Shown: positions 13,936 through 26,966 of the stretch, piece by piece
How the letters are laid out: each line of letters begins with the position of its first letter
Position numbering within the stretch: the stretch's first letter is position 1
Source: Eledone cirrhosa
Taxonomy: Eukaryota
Reading direction: 5' to 3'
Assembly: GCA_964016885.1 (NCBI GenBank)
Contig: OZ024745.1
Span: forward strand, 74,772,001 to 74,836,000
DNA length: 64,000 nucleotides
Program-made: the position numbers and the translations under genes
The notes under the pieces: generated by a model
Told to the model about the DNA's origin: nothing
The model's database searches: none
What the model saw: only the letters and a program-made list of their open reading frames with translations

Positions 13936-15257
13936 ATATAAGAGTATAAGATTGATGTTAGAGAAAGAAAATTGGTACATGTGTGTGTGTGTAATTAAAA
14001 ATATGAGTGTGACATGGCTAGACTGTTGAAATCCCAGCTGACTAATGGAGACCACCAAGATTTTGATGTATTCAAAACAGAATCGTTCAGTGCAGTATCA
14101 AGGAACGCAGCAAAAGACTCGACGACAACATTGAGTTTTTTTTTACTATGTTCACATGAAAACTATATGTATGTGTATGTCTGTATGCATACATGTATAT
14201 ATGTGTGTATGTAGTAATGGTGATGTGTATGTATGTGTGTGTGGGCGTATGTATGTATGTAGGTGTGTGTGTACGCGCGTTCTCATTATAAATATGGCTT
14301 TAATATTATTGTTCAATGAACTATATTATTATATTTTATACAACAAGAATAGAGCTCAATGTGTATGTTGTGATAGCAACTGAAAGAAAAAGATTTTTTC
14401 TGTTTGAAGGCTAGCTAACTTGGAGACTAAAACCAATTTTCTCTGTCCTGTAAAATGAGACGTAACCAATTTATGGTGTAGCGTAGTTTGAGAGGAACTC
14501 TATGTAATTATGAAGGTGATAAAATACCAACCCTGAAATATTAACGTTCACCATAACATTGTAACTATCAACTTTGGCATCATCGCAACTATAACCATTA
14601 ATGTTCACCATACCATGATCTAATTATCCTTCACCATATTACTGATCACCATAACGAGATATATTTATAAAGATCAACGTCTTCCTTACAATAATGGAAA
14701 TAGATTAGCAGGAGTTATCAATACAAGGTAGACGGTGTCTTTGACAATTTTATCCCTTACTTAATTCTAAGTGAACATGCATGTATTTTATTAAGTTTTA
14801 AATATATACATAAATAACATTACAAATTGCTCGCAATTCCCTCTGAATGAAAATATAAACAGATAACAAACACAACCAACTACTGCCCGTAACATCACAA
14901 ATACAACGCATCAAAATATATGACCAGAGAGAGAGAAAAAACAACAAAAACGACCTGATTGTTAACGGTTCAGAAATACGTTCAATTATTTTAATTCAGT
15001 CTTTCAATTGTAAATCAAAGAACATCAACAAACAAAATAACTTTTTCGTATCAACTATAAACTTTACATGGTTGTTCTACGTACTAGAAATAGCAAACAT
15101 ATACCAATAAAATCACAGTTAATTAAAAATGCGACAGGTTATGACAAAAAAAGGGCATAGCCGGAACACTTTTAATCATAGGTTTGAATGATCAAACTGA
15201 CCCGCGACCAAACAGCAACAACGATTTGACTAATGTTTTGGGGTTTTTTTCATTCTA

Positions 15258-15425
15258 AACATGCGGCTTGGTGGTTAGAGTTGGATCGTGAGATTGCGAG
15301 TTCGATTTACGAACCGGGCGATGCGTTGTGTCCTTGAGAAAGACACTTTATTTCACGTTGCTCCAGTTCATTCAGTTGTACAAATGAGTTGCGATGTTAT
15401 TAGTGGCAAACTGTATTGGCCTTTA
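15258..15425 (+). mobile_element. tRNA-derived CORE-type SINE (degenerate)
   Basis: A-box-like ggcttggtggttagag, B-box gagttcgat, and core tgtgtccttgagaaagacactt...ctccagttcattcagttgtacaaatg. Confidence 0.65.
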
Positions 15426-16614
15426 ATTTAGTAACAGTGGACATTTTACCCATGCAAGTCCTGTACAGACCATAGGACGAATACCTGCTGATAAATATAC
15501 TTCAGTCCCTTGCTAATGCAATATTTGCAAATATATAATTATACTTTCACCACATATGCGGCCTAGCTCCCCAACGAAATTTCGAACGCTTCAGACGGAA
15601 AAAATAGTGATTGGTCTGATATGTTAATTATACAAGCAGGCTACTCTGCTGTTCAAATAACTGGAACGCTCGTCGTTGGAACTGATGGATGTCTGACACA
15701 AACACACATATCATCATTGTCACTGTTTAACGTCTATTTTCCATGCTAGCATGGGTTAGATAAGTTAGATCAGGTGACCATGTCTTACTCATACAGAGCT
15801 GTTTCTGGCTTGGTTTCTATAATTGGATGTCCTTCCTGTGGGCATGGTGCGGTGGCCGAAGGCTGTGGAGTGCTTGACCGGAAGGGTGCTCCTGTTTTTT
15901 ATTACTTACCGCAGGACAAAATTAGGATATGGCGAGGTGATTACAAATGAGCGGAGAATAGATTAGAGCATTTACCGGTGCAGGCGATGTCGTCGCCTGG
16001 TTTCGAAAAGTCCGGCTAGTCGCAAGCTTACAAAAGATAGATGTGGTTGGCCTCATGGCACTGTACCTCGAAGGGGATGCGTTGGCACTCTTCCTAGAGA
16101 TGGATGAACACAGCCAAAGGGATGCGCAAAAGATTGAGAGGCGTATGATGGAAGCGTTCGCGGAAGGACCGTTAGCCGCTTTTGCTAAGCTGGCAAGGAT
16201 TAGATGGAACGGTGAACGCGTTGACATTTTCGCAGCAGAAATACGGCGATTGGCCATGTTGGCTGGATATCAGGTGGAATGCGAACGCACGGTGCGGTTG
16301 GCGTTCATAAATGGATTTCCAGACGACATAACGGTGAAACTGCAGCAAGTCCCCGGTTACAAGGAAATGGAGATGCGTTCACTGGTGGAGCAAGCTCGCA
16401 TCATAGCAGAAGATACCAACAAGAGTGTCGCGGCGATAGCAATGACAGAGGCCCAAGGCAGCTGGCAGCGAAATGGTGAAAAGGAGGCAACCACGGCACG
16501 TGGTCGCCCGCGAACGTGTAGAGGTCGTTGTTTTAGGTGCCAGGGCCTGTACATGGCGAGAGACTGTAGAGAGTCAAGGCCGCGACCAGGCCACATCGCT
16601 ACTAGCTGCGACCA

Positions 16615-16658
16615 GGGAAACGATCCAAGGGGAACTACTGCGCCAGTAGCTGCCCCTT
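16615..16658 (+). promoter_or_regulatory. -1 programmed ribosomal frameshift signal (gag-pol)
   Basis: G_GGA_AAC in the gag frame, a 5-nt spacer, then hairpin aaggggaactactg-cgc-cagtagctgcccctt. The pol frame is -1 relative to gag. Also present in copy 2 at 25301-25344 (-). Confidence 0.8.
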
Positions 16659-18514
16659 ACGAGTAGAGGCGCTGCCCGTGGTGAAAGTCTTCGGCGGAGG
16701 TCACGAGCCATTTACAGGGGTATGGACTGGCTGCGAAACGTTGGAGGGAGGAGATGCGCTGGGATTTAGGCTACGGCTAGACAGGACGGGCGTGTTAGTA
16801 TTCCAGATGGGAAATGAAGTTCCAGAACTGGGTCCAAGTATGAGTAGGCGGGAGCTTTTCTCGGCGTGTGGAAAGTTGGTGGGTGGCTCCGGACAGCATG
16901 CAGCTATGTCAAGAGATGAGTGGGCGGGGTGACTTGGAGTGACAGAGTGGGAGAGAGGACGGTGGCCATGATGCAGATCGTGGGGAGGGTGAAGGCCGAC
17001 GACCCAGTGCGGGGATGCTGGTATGTTCCCAAATCGCAGTACGGGACCATATGGTGCGATCCAGCAGCATAGCGCTAGGTTTCACGTTGGAGATAGGAGG
17101 TGTTGAGGTTGAGGATGCAGCCTGGCTTAGGAAGAAGGACGACTGCAACCACATCAATGTGGCCGAACTGGACGCGGTGTTGAGAGGGGTGAACCTCGCC
17201 CTGAAGTGGGAACTGCACACCATCGAGATTCGCACCGACTCGGCTACTGTACTCGGATGGGTGAGATCAGTGCTCACCAGTGAGAAGAGAGTACGAACGA
17301 GAGGGGCGGCGGAGATGCTGATAAAGGGCTACCTGGGAACTTTAGGAGAGCTGGCCACCGAGTTCGATCTGAGGCTGAGCGTAGTTTTCGTGCCCTCAGA
17401 GAAAAATAGGGCGGACGTCTTAACCAGGGTGAAGAAAGCCTGGATGGAAGCGCCGGCGGAGGTAGAAGAGGAGATAGCTACCGTGTGTCGGCTGACCGAG
17501 TCGGATCTGAAAGGGTTGCATGACATGCACCACATGGGAGTGGATAGGACTCTGTTCCTAGCCAGAAGAATCAACTCAAACGTTAGCAGACACAGTGTTC
17601 TAAGATTGGTTAGAGGCTGCGTCCGATGTCAGTCCATTGATCCCACCCTGAGTGTGCACGAAACGGGAAGCCTCCCGGTGGATTGCGACTGGAAGCGATT
17701 GGCAGTGGATTTAACACACTACCGACAAGGAACATACCTCTCAATGGTCGACTGTGGATCGGGACGGATGGCGATATGGAGGGAGATAAAGATTGGAACG
17801 GCCTAGGAAATCACGCGGACGTTGGGAGAGGTGTTCTTGGAGCGAGGCCCTGTGGACAAACTGCTGATGGACAACAGCGCAGCGTTCCGCTCAGAGGCGC
17901 TGAGGGAGATGCTCGATGGATGGAAGGTGGACCGTTTCTTCAAAGCAGCATACAGGCCGAGCAGAAATGGAATCGTGGAGCGACACCACCAGATGATCAA
18001 AGCAATGGCGGAGTGGAGCCATATCTCACCAATGGAGGCAGCGTTCTGGTTCAACATGTCTCCTCGGGTGGGACAGGTTGAGGTATCGGTGCCACACAGA
18101 GCAGTATTCAGATACGAGTGACAGCACCCATGCACGCCACCACAACAGCCAGTGGGGAGAGAGAATGCATTCGTGCAGGTGGGCGAAGAAGTCTGGGTTA
18201 AGCCCCCAGATGTACATTGCACATCTCAATGGGGAAGGGGAACAGTGACAGCCAAAAATTCCCAGAACAATGTGTCCGTGGACGTAGTACTACGTCATGT
18301 CCTGGATGTACGTAGATTTACCGTGTCAATGGACTCCGAGGAAGAGGAAACCCAAAGTGCCGCCCCAACACTGCAGAGATCGCAAAGAAGTCGCAAACCA
18401 CCAACTTGGACAGCAGACTTTCATATGCAGCAGGACGAGGGGGAAATTGATCCTTGAGATCAAGGGGAGGGGGGCATGTGGGTATGGTGTGGTGTGCGGT
18501 GGGCGGAGGCTGGG

Positions 18515-18594
18515 GAGTGCTCGACCGGAAGAGTGCTCGACCGGAAGGGTGCTCGACCGGAAGGGTGCTCGACCGGAAGGGTGCTCGACCGGAA
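18515..18594 (+). repeat. Five tandem 16-bp units g(a/g)gtgctcgaccggaa inside the LTR
   Basis: Read directly; variant copies also occur in the LTRs of copy 2. Confidence 0.9.
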
Positions 18595-19279
18595 GGGCCA
18601 GCAGGTCTGCCTCTCTCTAGCATGGTCAGCGAAGGTGGTGGACGTCAGTTTTGGAGCTCCCAGTTAACGAGTTGGATTGTACGCACATGGGAGAGGAGAA
18701 ACCAGCCATTGTATTACCGGTGCCAGCAATAAGCGGTAAGTGAAGTAGCTTTTTCTAACTGCACTTCCTAAAGTCAACTACATTACAGCGTGCACTGGAT
18801 GCTTTTTACTGTCGCACCAAAATGACCAACTGACAGGTTGAATTGGGTACTTTTTCATAGTTCAGCACGGCCACCTTAAAGGGTGGACAGGGTGCTTTTG
18901 CCATGTCACCACATGACCACCTTACAGGGTGGACAAGGGGCTTTAGTTGTGTCATCAGCATGATTTTCTTACACAGTGGACTGAGTGTATGTCCAGCTTT
19001 CCATGCTTTTATACATGGGTTGGACAGGAAAAGTCTATCAGGTGATGTGAAAAGTGGTGTGTGCATATAAGATAGTTATTGGAGAGGTAAGTCTAAGGTG
19101 GGATACTTAGCTGGTGAAAGGGGCAGTGTATGGACAGTTGAGAGGAGATTTGGTGCAGACTAGTGTCCTCTATATGTTTACTTCATCCTGTGCATCTGGG
19201 AAGCATGCAAGCTTCATTTTTTCCAAGGTTTTCATACAGCATTGCTGTTCATACACAAACATACAATCTGCCCTTCATT

Positions 19280-20150
19280 TTGAGAGAAAAAAAACTTTAG
19301 TAGCTAGCAGTGGTTGTAGCTCCCTGGACTTTTTCATCCTTTTACCTGTACTTCCCAAATACCCATCTCCACTGCTAATTTGGTCACCCAGGTAACAGAA
19401 GCTGTCAACTACTTCTACGGAACCCTCTAAGCATTTGATAGAGCTTGTTTTGTTTTGTGATGCTTACTGCTCTTGTGCATCAACATGTAAAACCTGTGTT
19501 CTTCGTTAGCCTGCCCAAGATCCTACTAGATCTCATGTGTACCCATAGTTTACATCTAGGGCAAAGGATGGAATTTCTACCAACTCCTTTTTTACACACT
19601 GAACAAGGCCATTTCCCTGAAGGGATCAGAGCCTGGTTTTCCTTTCTACTTACTTAGATTTTGGTCTTTGCCAAGTTGATTTTAAGACCATTTGCTTCAA
19701 AGTTATACTTCCAGGTCAGGAATTTATTCTAATTCTGTCAGCTATGTGGGTTAGATCATCAGCTTATAGAAATTCCCATGGGCAGCCTGTTTTTAAAGTC
19801 TTCTGTTATAGCCTGGAGGATGATAATAAACAGGAGAGGGCTAAGAATGGAGCCTTGGTGGACCCTCACAAGCCACTCATCTACTCCTAGTTTCCTAAAT
19901 GCCCATCAGATTATGGAACGTGAAACTGTCAAATGCTTTCTCCAGGTCAATAAATGCCATGTAGAGAGGTTTACTTTTAGCTAGGTAGTTCTGCAGTTGT
20001 TTCACAAAGAAGAGGGCATCAGAGGTACTTTTTATCTGACACAAATCCAAACTGCATCTCATCTAGGTTCATTTGATCCCTAATCAGCTGTGCAATGGCT
20101 CTTTCTATAACTTTCATGACTTGGTCCATCAATTTGATGCTTTGATAGTT
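19280..20150 (-). mobile_element. Degenerate RTE LINE RT fragment
   Basis: Minus-strand remnants (FIDLEKAFD, HQGSILSPLLFII, EVVDSFCYLGD). Confidence 0.7.
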
Positions 20151-22080
20151 TCCTATGGCTTAGTTGTTAGAGCGTTTGGCTTCCAATCGTGAGGTTGTGA
20201 GTTCACTTCAGGCTGTACATTTTAATGTATTCATATTTATCTAAAAACCTTCCATCACAATTTTATGGAAGAAATATTATTAATGCTCCAAACACCACCT
20301 TAATAATGACAAAGATAGTCGTATTACTAAATCTCCCTAAATTCTTTGATATTTTCAAAAATTATTTTTAAAAAATAATTAAAAATTTTTTTATTTTTTT
20401 AAATTATTTTAAAATTATAGAAGAGCATTGGATTATATTTATAGAGAGACTTCACACTGAATCATTCTTCACATATTTATTTCACATTCATTTTTTCTTT
20501 TTGTACAGTGCCTATCCAATTCACAACTACATGTTTATTTATACTTCATAAATTATTTCCTAAATATTTTAGCATAAGAATTTCACTGAAATGACAGAAT
20601 ATCTGTAGACAAGATGAGAATTTGAAGAGAATCATTTTTTAAATGTTTCACCTAGATAAATGTTCTGTAAAGTGTGCCTGTTTCTAGAAAATAAATTTAG
20701 TTTTGCAAGCGAAAGATTTTGTACATTTTAGACAAAAGTTTTCTTTCCAGTGTGTATTCGTTTGTTTTATAGATAGGATGAGAAGTTAAATGTTACCTAT
20801 ATCTTTTTAAAATCTTCTAAGAATCTTGTTTTTACAAACGGTATAAGAGAAATACCTTAGTCGATGAGTTGGTCGCTTCTTATTGGTAGTAACATGCTTC
20901 TGACTTCCAGGATATAAATAAATATCTCTTTAACGCTCAATCCTCTATAAATATAATTTTTATTGTAGAAAGGAATGTAGGAGTCATTTTATAATTTTTC
21001 ACGCATTCGTAGTCATCTCCTGGTCTTCCGTGCACTATGGTTTTTCACCAGAGAGAGAGAGTGTGTGACCATATATTTATACGCGATTTACCATTGGTCA
21101 GTTTAACCTTATTGCATATGAAAATGTTGCTATTGCGAGGTATGACGTAGTTCCACTACAGTTTGTTCAAGTGACTGTTAGTAATAAATCATTTCCTACA
21201 AATTTCAGTGATAGGGTCTTTCTCCGGTGTGCAATCGATTGTGACGTTTTAAATCACTATTAATAACAAAAGATTTCTCACATATTTCACAAGAATATGG
21301 TTTTTCTCCAGTATGTCTACGGTTGTGGATTTTAAGCCGAGAATATTCAATGAAAGCTTTCGTACACATATTTCGCAGTGAAATCGGTTTTCTCCAGTGT
21401 GTTGTTAAATGACTATTAGAAACAAAAGATTTTCCACAAATTTCAGTGATATGGTTTTTCTCCAGTGTGTTTCTTTTGTGAACTATGAGACTAAAATTAA
21501 CTGAAAATGATTGTCCACATATTTCACAGTGGTAGGGTTTCTCTCCAGTGTGTACTCGTTTGTGGATTACATTTGAATTCTTAATGAAATATTTCCCACA
21601 TATTTCACAATTAAATAGTTTTTCTTCACAATGCTTTCTAATGTGAGTTGTTAAATTACTGCTAGAAACAATTTTCCACATATTTCACAGGAAAATGGTT
21701 TGTCTCCAGTGTGTGGATTATTAGACTAGAATTTTAAATGAAAGATGCCCCACATATTTCACAGTGAAACATGTTTTGTCCAGTGTGTATTCTTTTATGT
21801 GTGTTAAATTACTATTAGTGACAAAAGATTTCCTACATATTTCACAATGATAAGCTTTTTCTCCAGTGTGTATTTTTTTGTGTGTTGTTAAATTGCTGTC
21901 AGATACAAAAGATTTTCCACATATTTTGTAGGAATGTGGCTTTTCTCTTGTGGATTGTAAGCCTAGAATTTTTAATGTAAGATTTTGCACATATTTTACA
22001 GTGTAACAGTTTTTTTCCTGTGTGTATTTGCTATGTATTTTTAATTGACCATTATTGAGAAAGGATTTTCCACATATTTT

Positions 22081-25000
22081 TATAGCGTTTGTTTGTTGGT
22101 CATGGTGATTAGTTGATTGAGTTGTGGTGTTGACTCGTTTGTTGCGTGTGTGCTCACTTGTAGCTTGCTATGTCGTGTGGTCACTGTTGTGTGCTACAGT
22201 GTGACTAGAGGTTGCGTGTGTGCAGGTGAGTGAGTAAGTGTTCATTATGTGGTTAGAAAAAGCTATCTCACTTACCGCTTTTCATAGGCGCCGCTAAATC
22301 CCATGGCTGGTTTCTCCTCTTCCACGTGCGTCCAACTCATTAACACCCGGGAGCTGCCAAACTCGCGCGTCCACACCGTTCCTGGTTACCACTAGAGAGA
22401 GACCGATCTGCTGGCCCTTCCGGTCGGTCGAGCACCCTTCCGGCCAAGCACCCTTCCGGCCAAGCACCCTTCCAGTCAAGCACTCTTCCGGTCGAGCACT
22501 CCCCAGCTTCCAGCCACCGCACACCACACCATACCCCCCCCCCCCCTGATCTCAAGGATCAATTTCCCCCTCGTCCTTCTGCATATGAAAGTCTGCTGTC
22601 CAGGTTGGTGGTTTGCGACTTCTTTGCAATCTCCGCAGTGTTGGGGCGGCACTTTGGGTTTCCCCTTCCTCGGAGTCCGTTGACACAGTGATTCTACGGA
22701 CATCCAGGACATGACGTGGTACTCCATCCACAGACACATTGTTCTGGGAATTTACGGCCGTCACCGTTCCCCTTCCCCATTGAGATGTGAAACGTGCATC
22801 TGGGGACTTAACCCAGACTTCTTCGCCCACCTGCACGAATGCATTCTCTCTCCCCACTGGCTGTTGTGATGGCATGCACGGGTGCCGCCACTCGTATCTG
22901 AATACTGCTCTGTGTGGCACCAGAAACACTTCCTCCATTGGTGAGATATGGCCCGCTCCGCCATTGCCTCGATCGTCCGGTGGTGTCACTCCACAATTCC
23001 ATTTCCGCTCGGCCTGTGCGCTGCTCTGAAGAAACGGTCCACCTTCCATCCATCGAGCATCTCCCTCAGCGCCTCTGAGCGGAACGCTGCACTGTTGTCC
23101 ATCAGCAGTTTGTCCACAGGGCCCCGCTCCAAGAAAACCTCTCTCAACGTCCGCATGATTTCCTCGGCCGTTCCAGTCTTCATCTCCCTCCATATCGCCA
23201 TCCGTCCTGCTCCACAGTCGACCATCGAGAGGTACGTTCCCTGTCGGTAGTGCGTTACATCCACCGCCAATCGCTTCCAGTCGCGATCCACCGGAAGGCT
23301 TCTCGTTTCGTGCACACCCGGGGTGGGATCAATGGACTGACATCGGACGCAGCCTCTAACCAATCTTAGAACACTGCATCTACTAACGTCCAAGTCGATT
23401 CTCCTGGTTAGGAACAGGGTCCTATCCACTCCCATGTGGTGCATGTCATACAACCCTTTCACATCCGACTCAGTCAGCCGACACATGGCAGCTATCTCCT
23501 CTTCTACCTCCACCGGCGCTTCCATCCAGGCTTTCTTCACCCTGGTTAAGACGTCCGCCCTATTTTTCTCTGAGGGCACGAAAACTACGCTCAGCCTCAG
23601 GTCGAACTCGGTGGCCAGCTCTCCTAAAGTTCTCAGGTAGCCCTTTATCAGCATCTCCGCCGCCCCTCTCGTTCGCACTCTCTTCTCATTGGTGAGCACT
23701 GATCTCACCCATCCGAGTACAGTAGCCGAGTCATTGCGCATCTCGATGGTGCGCAGTCACCACCTCAGGGCGAGGTTCACCCCTCTCAACACCGCGTCCA
23801 GTTCGGCCACATTGATGTGGTTGGAGTCGTCCTTCTTCCTAAGCCAGGCTGCATCCTCAACCTCAACACCTCCTATCTCCAACGTGACACCAAGCGCTAT
23901 GCTGCTGGCATCGCTCCATACGGTTCCGCTCTGCGATTTAGGAATATACCAGCATCCCCGCACTGGGTCATCGGCCTTCACTCTCTCCACAATCTCCTGC
24001 ATCATGGCCACTGTCCTCTCTCCCACTCTGTCACTCCAAATCACCCCTCCCACTCATCTCTTGACATAGCTGCATGCCGTCCGGAGCCACCCAGCAATCG
24101 GGTAGTGACCCACCAACTTTCCACACACCGAGAAAAGCTCCCGCCTACTCATACTTGGGCCCAGTTCTGGAACTTCATTTCCTCTCTGGAATACCAAGAC
24201 GCCCGTCCTGTCTCACCGTAGCCTAAGTCCCAGCGCGTCTCCTCCCTCCAACGCTTCTGACGGCTTCGCAGCCAGTCCATACCCCTGTAAATGGCTCGTG
24301 ACCTCTGCCACCGACACTACAGACTCGTCCACTAGGATGTCGTCAATGTAGTAATTAGTGGCCCCCTTCATCTTGTCGGCCTTTCCCAGAATGGTCTTGA
24401 GGACTGCCGCCATGATCTTCGGTGTGGAGCTCAGCCCGAAACCGAGCCTGGTCAGGCAATATGTCCGGCCCTTATACCTGACCAGCTGATACTGCCAGAG
24501 CTTCTCATCTATATGCAATTGCAAGTATGCCGACTTTAGATCTACGATTGCGGAACCCCCCGTCATGCGTCTCCACTCTACGCAGGGTTTCCCCCACAGA
24601 CATCCGTGACCTCGCCACCCGTGTGGCATGACACGTGCTCGTTCAGCTGCCGAAAGTCCAGTACCGGCCTCACCTTGTTCTTTGTGGGTTGCGCCACCGC
24701 CATTAACGGCAATACTCCGCACTTCACCTCCTCTTTCCAAGGAAGCAGTATGCCCTCCTCAATCCATCTCTCTACCTCTCGCTCGAATTCCTTCAATGTG
24801 TTGATAGCAGCCCACTTTGGTCTTCAGTGTTGGTGGTTTTCCCTTCCAGTACTACTCAACAACCAATCGCTGCCCATCGAACACAGCCTTGAAGTCTTTG
24901 TCCTGCACAGTGTAAGCGGGGTATTTCTCCTCGTGGGCCTTCTGGTTCTCCTGTCGTGTACTCACAGCACATACCGATGCAGCACCGCCAAACGACACAC

Positions 25001-26966
25001 CAACGTTGTTCACTGTGATGCCTCCTAGACGGCCAATTGCGTCCATGCCCATAACCACGCCGATCCCATCCACCACGTTGTCAACTACGATGGCAGAAAG
25101 CCTTATTTTCCTTCCCCGTACCGCCATCTCCACCTCGTTGCGACCTCGGCATTCAATTTTCCTGCCGTCGACTGCCCTTACGCTGCTCTTCCCTCTCCAC
25201 CTCTGTGGTCACCAGTGTCATCCTACAGCCCGTGTCCACGAGGGCTCGCTGTGGCTTTCCCCTCACGAAGACTTCCACCACGGGCAGCACCTCTACTCGT
25301 AAGGGGCAACTACTGGCGCAGTAGTTCCTCTTGGATCGTTTCCCTGGTCGCAGTTAGTAGTGATGTGGCCTGGTTGCTTACACCGGTAGCATATTATTTC
25401 CAGCCTTGACTCTCTACAGTCTCTCGCCATGTGCAGGCCCTGGCACCTAAAACAGCGACCTCTAAACGTTCGCGGGCGACCGCGTGCCGTGGTTGCCTCC
25501 CTTTCACCATTTCACTGCCAGCTGTCTTGAGCCTCTGTAGTTGCTATCGCCGCGACACTCTTCTTGGCATCTTCTGCTATGATACAGGCTTGCTCCACCA
25601 GTGAACGCATCTACATTTCTTTGTAACCCGGGACTTGCTGCAGTTTCACCGTTATGTTGTCTGGAAATCCATTTATGAACGCCAACCGCACCGTGTGTTC
25701 GCATTCCACCTGATTTCCAGCCAACATGGCCAATCGGTGTATTTCCGCTGCGAAAATGTCAACGCATTCACCGTTCCATCTAATTCATGCCAGCTTAGCA
25801 AAAGCGGCTAACGGTCCCTCCGCGAATGCTTCCATCATGCGCCTCTCAATCTTTTGCGCATCCCTTTGGCTGTGTTCATCCAACTCAAGGAAGAGTACCA
25901 ATGCGTCCCCCTCGAGGTACAGTGCCATGAGGCCAGCCACATCTATCTTCTGTAAGCTTGCGACCAGCCGGACTTTTCGCAGCCAAGCGACATCGCCTTC
26001 ACCGGTAAATGCCCTAATCGCTTCGCTCGTTCGTAGTCTCGTCGCCATATCCTAATTTGTCTTGCGGTATGTGATAAAAAAAACAAAACAACAGACTCCT
26101 CTCTGTTTTTCCAGTAGCTTTGTTTTCGAGAAAGGTTTTTTTTTTTTTTTTTTTCCAATCAGATCTCAGTTTCCAGTGCCGAAATAGCTTGTGGTTAGAA
26201 AAAGTTATCTCACTTACCGCTTTTCATAGGCGCCGCTAAATCCCATAGCTGGTTTCTCCTCTTCCATGTGCGTCCAACTCATTAACACCCGGGAGCTGCC
26301 GAACTCGCGTCCACACCGTTCCTTGTCACCACTAGAGAGAGTCCGATCTGCTGGCCCTTCCGGTCGAGCACCCTTCTGGCCAAGCACTCTTCCGATCGAG
26401 CACTCCCCAGCTTCCGGCCACCGCACACCACACCATACCCACACATTAAGATGATGGTGATATGATAGTTCCTTGATCAAGCACAACATGATTGTATATA
26501 AATGAACCACGGTAACACCAAACCGCTATATTATTAATTTATTGATTATAACTCACGCTGAAGCTATACGAAAAATACACAATAATTATGTACGTCATTT
26601 GTTTGTTTGTAAAAGTAGTTAAAGTCGTATTTACCAAGAAAACTTTGTGAACGTCACTGGCTTGGTTAAGAGAGAGACCAAGAGATAGAGATTGAGTGAA
26701 AGAGAGAAAGAGAAAGAGTCACTGAGATCCAAAGGTTCTATGGAAAGCAATAGTTTATATGCTTACTCTATCAAGAATTGCCTCGAACTGCTGCCAGCCT
26801 GATCTAAGGCAGACTATTTATCTCTGTCACTTCCTATGTCCCCAAGCCTTGAGAAGAAAGAGGTAACCTCTAGAGGTCGTCCAGTCTCAGACTTGTTGAC
26901 GCCCAAAAGGAGATAACCCGAAAAATGACCGTTAAATGTCACCCAGGGGTCAAAGTGAAGACAACA
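22081..26966 (-). mobile_element. Probable solo LTR (~685 bp: 22081-22247 plus 26449-26966) inserted in ZNF-3 and itself interrupted
   Basis: 4-bp TSD TTTT at 22077-22080 and 26967-26970. Minus-strand ends are TGTTGT...GCTATA, with AATAAA on the minus strand near 26540. Confidence 0.65.
22248..26443 (-). mobile_element. LTR retrotransposon copy 2, full-length but mutated (gag-PR-RT-RH-IN)
   Basis: LTRs at 26190..26443 and 22248..~22538; 5-bp TSD CATTA at 22243-22247 and 26444-26448. gag from 26048, protease LVDTGC ~25230, RT VLDFRQLN / DLKSAYLQ / GFGL / YIDD, RNase H SDAS..HINVAEL..NRADVLTR, integrase HHCC and D..D..E. Confidence 0.95.

Larger units (their letters stand above)
15837..18763 (+). 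mobile_element. LTR retrotransposon copy 1, internally deleted (most of 5' LTR/PBS and protease-RT lost)
   Basis: TG..CA ends; 5-bp TSD CTTCC at 15832-15836 and 18764-18768. gag with CCHC-like knuckle (16043..16666), RNase H plus HHCC/DDE integrase (17015..18457), PPT 18462-18474, 3' LTR 18477..18763. Inserted into a dispersed host repeat. Confidence 0.92.
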
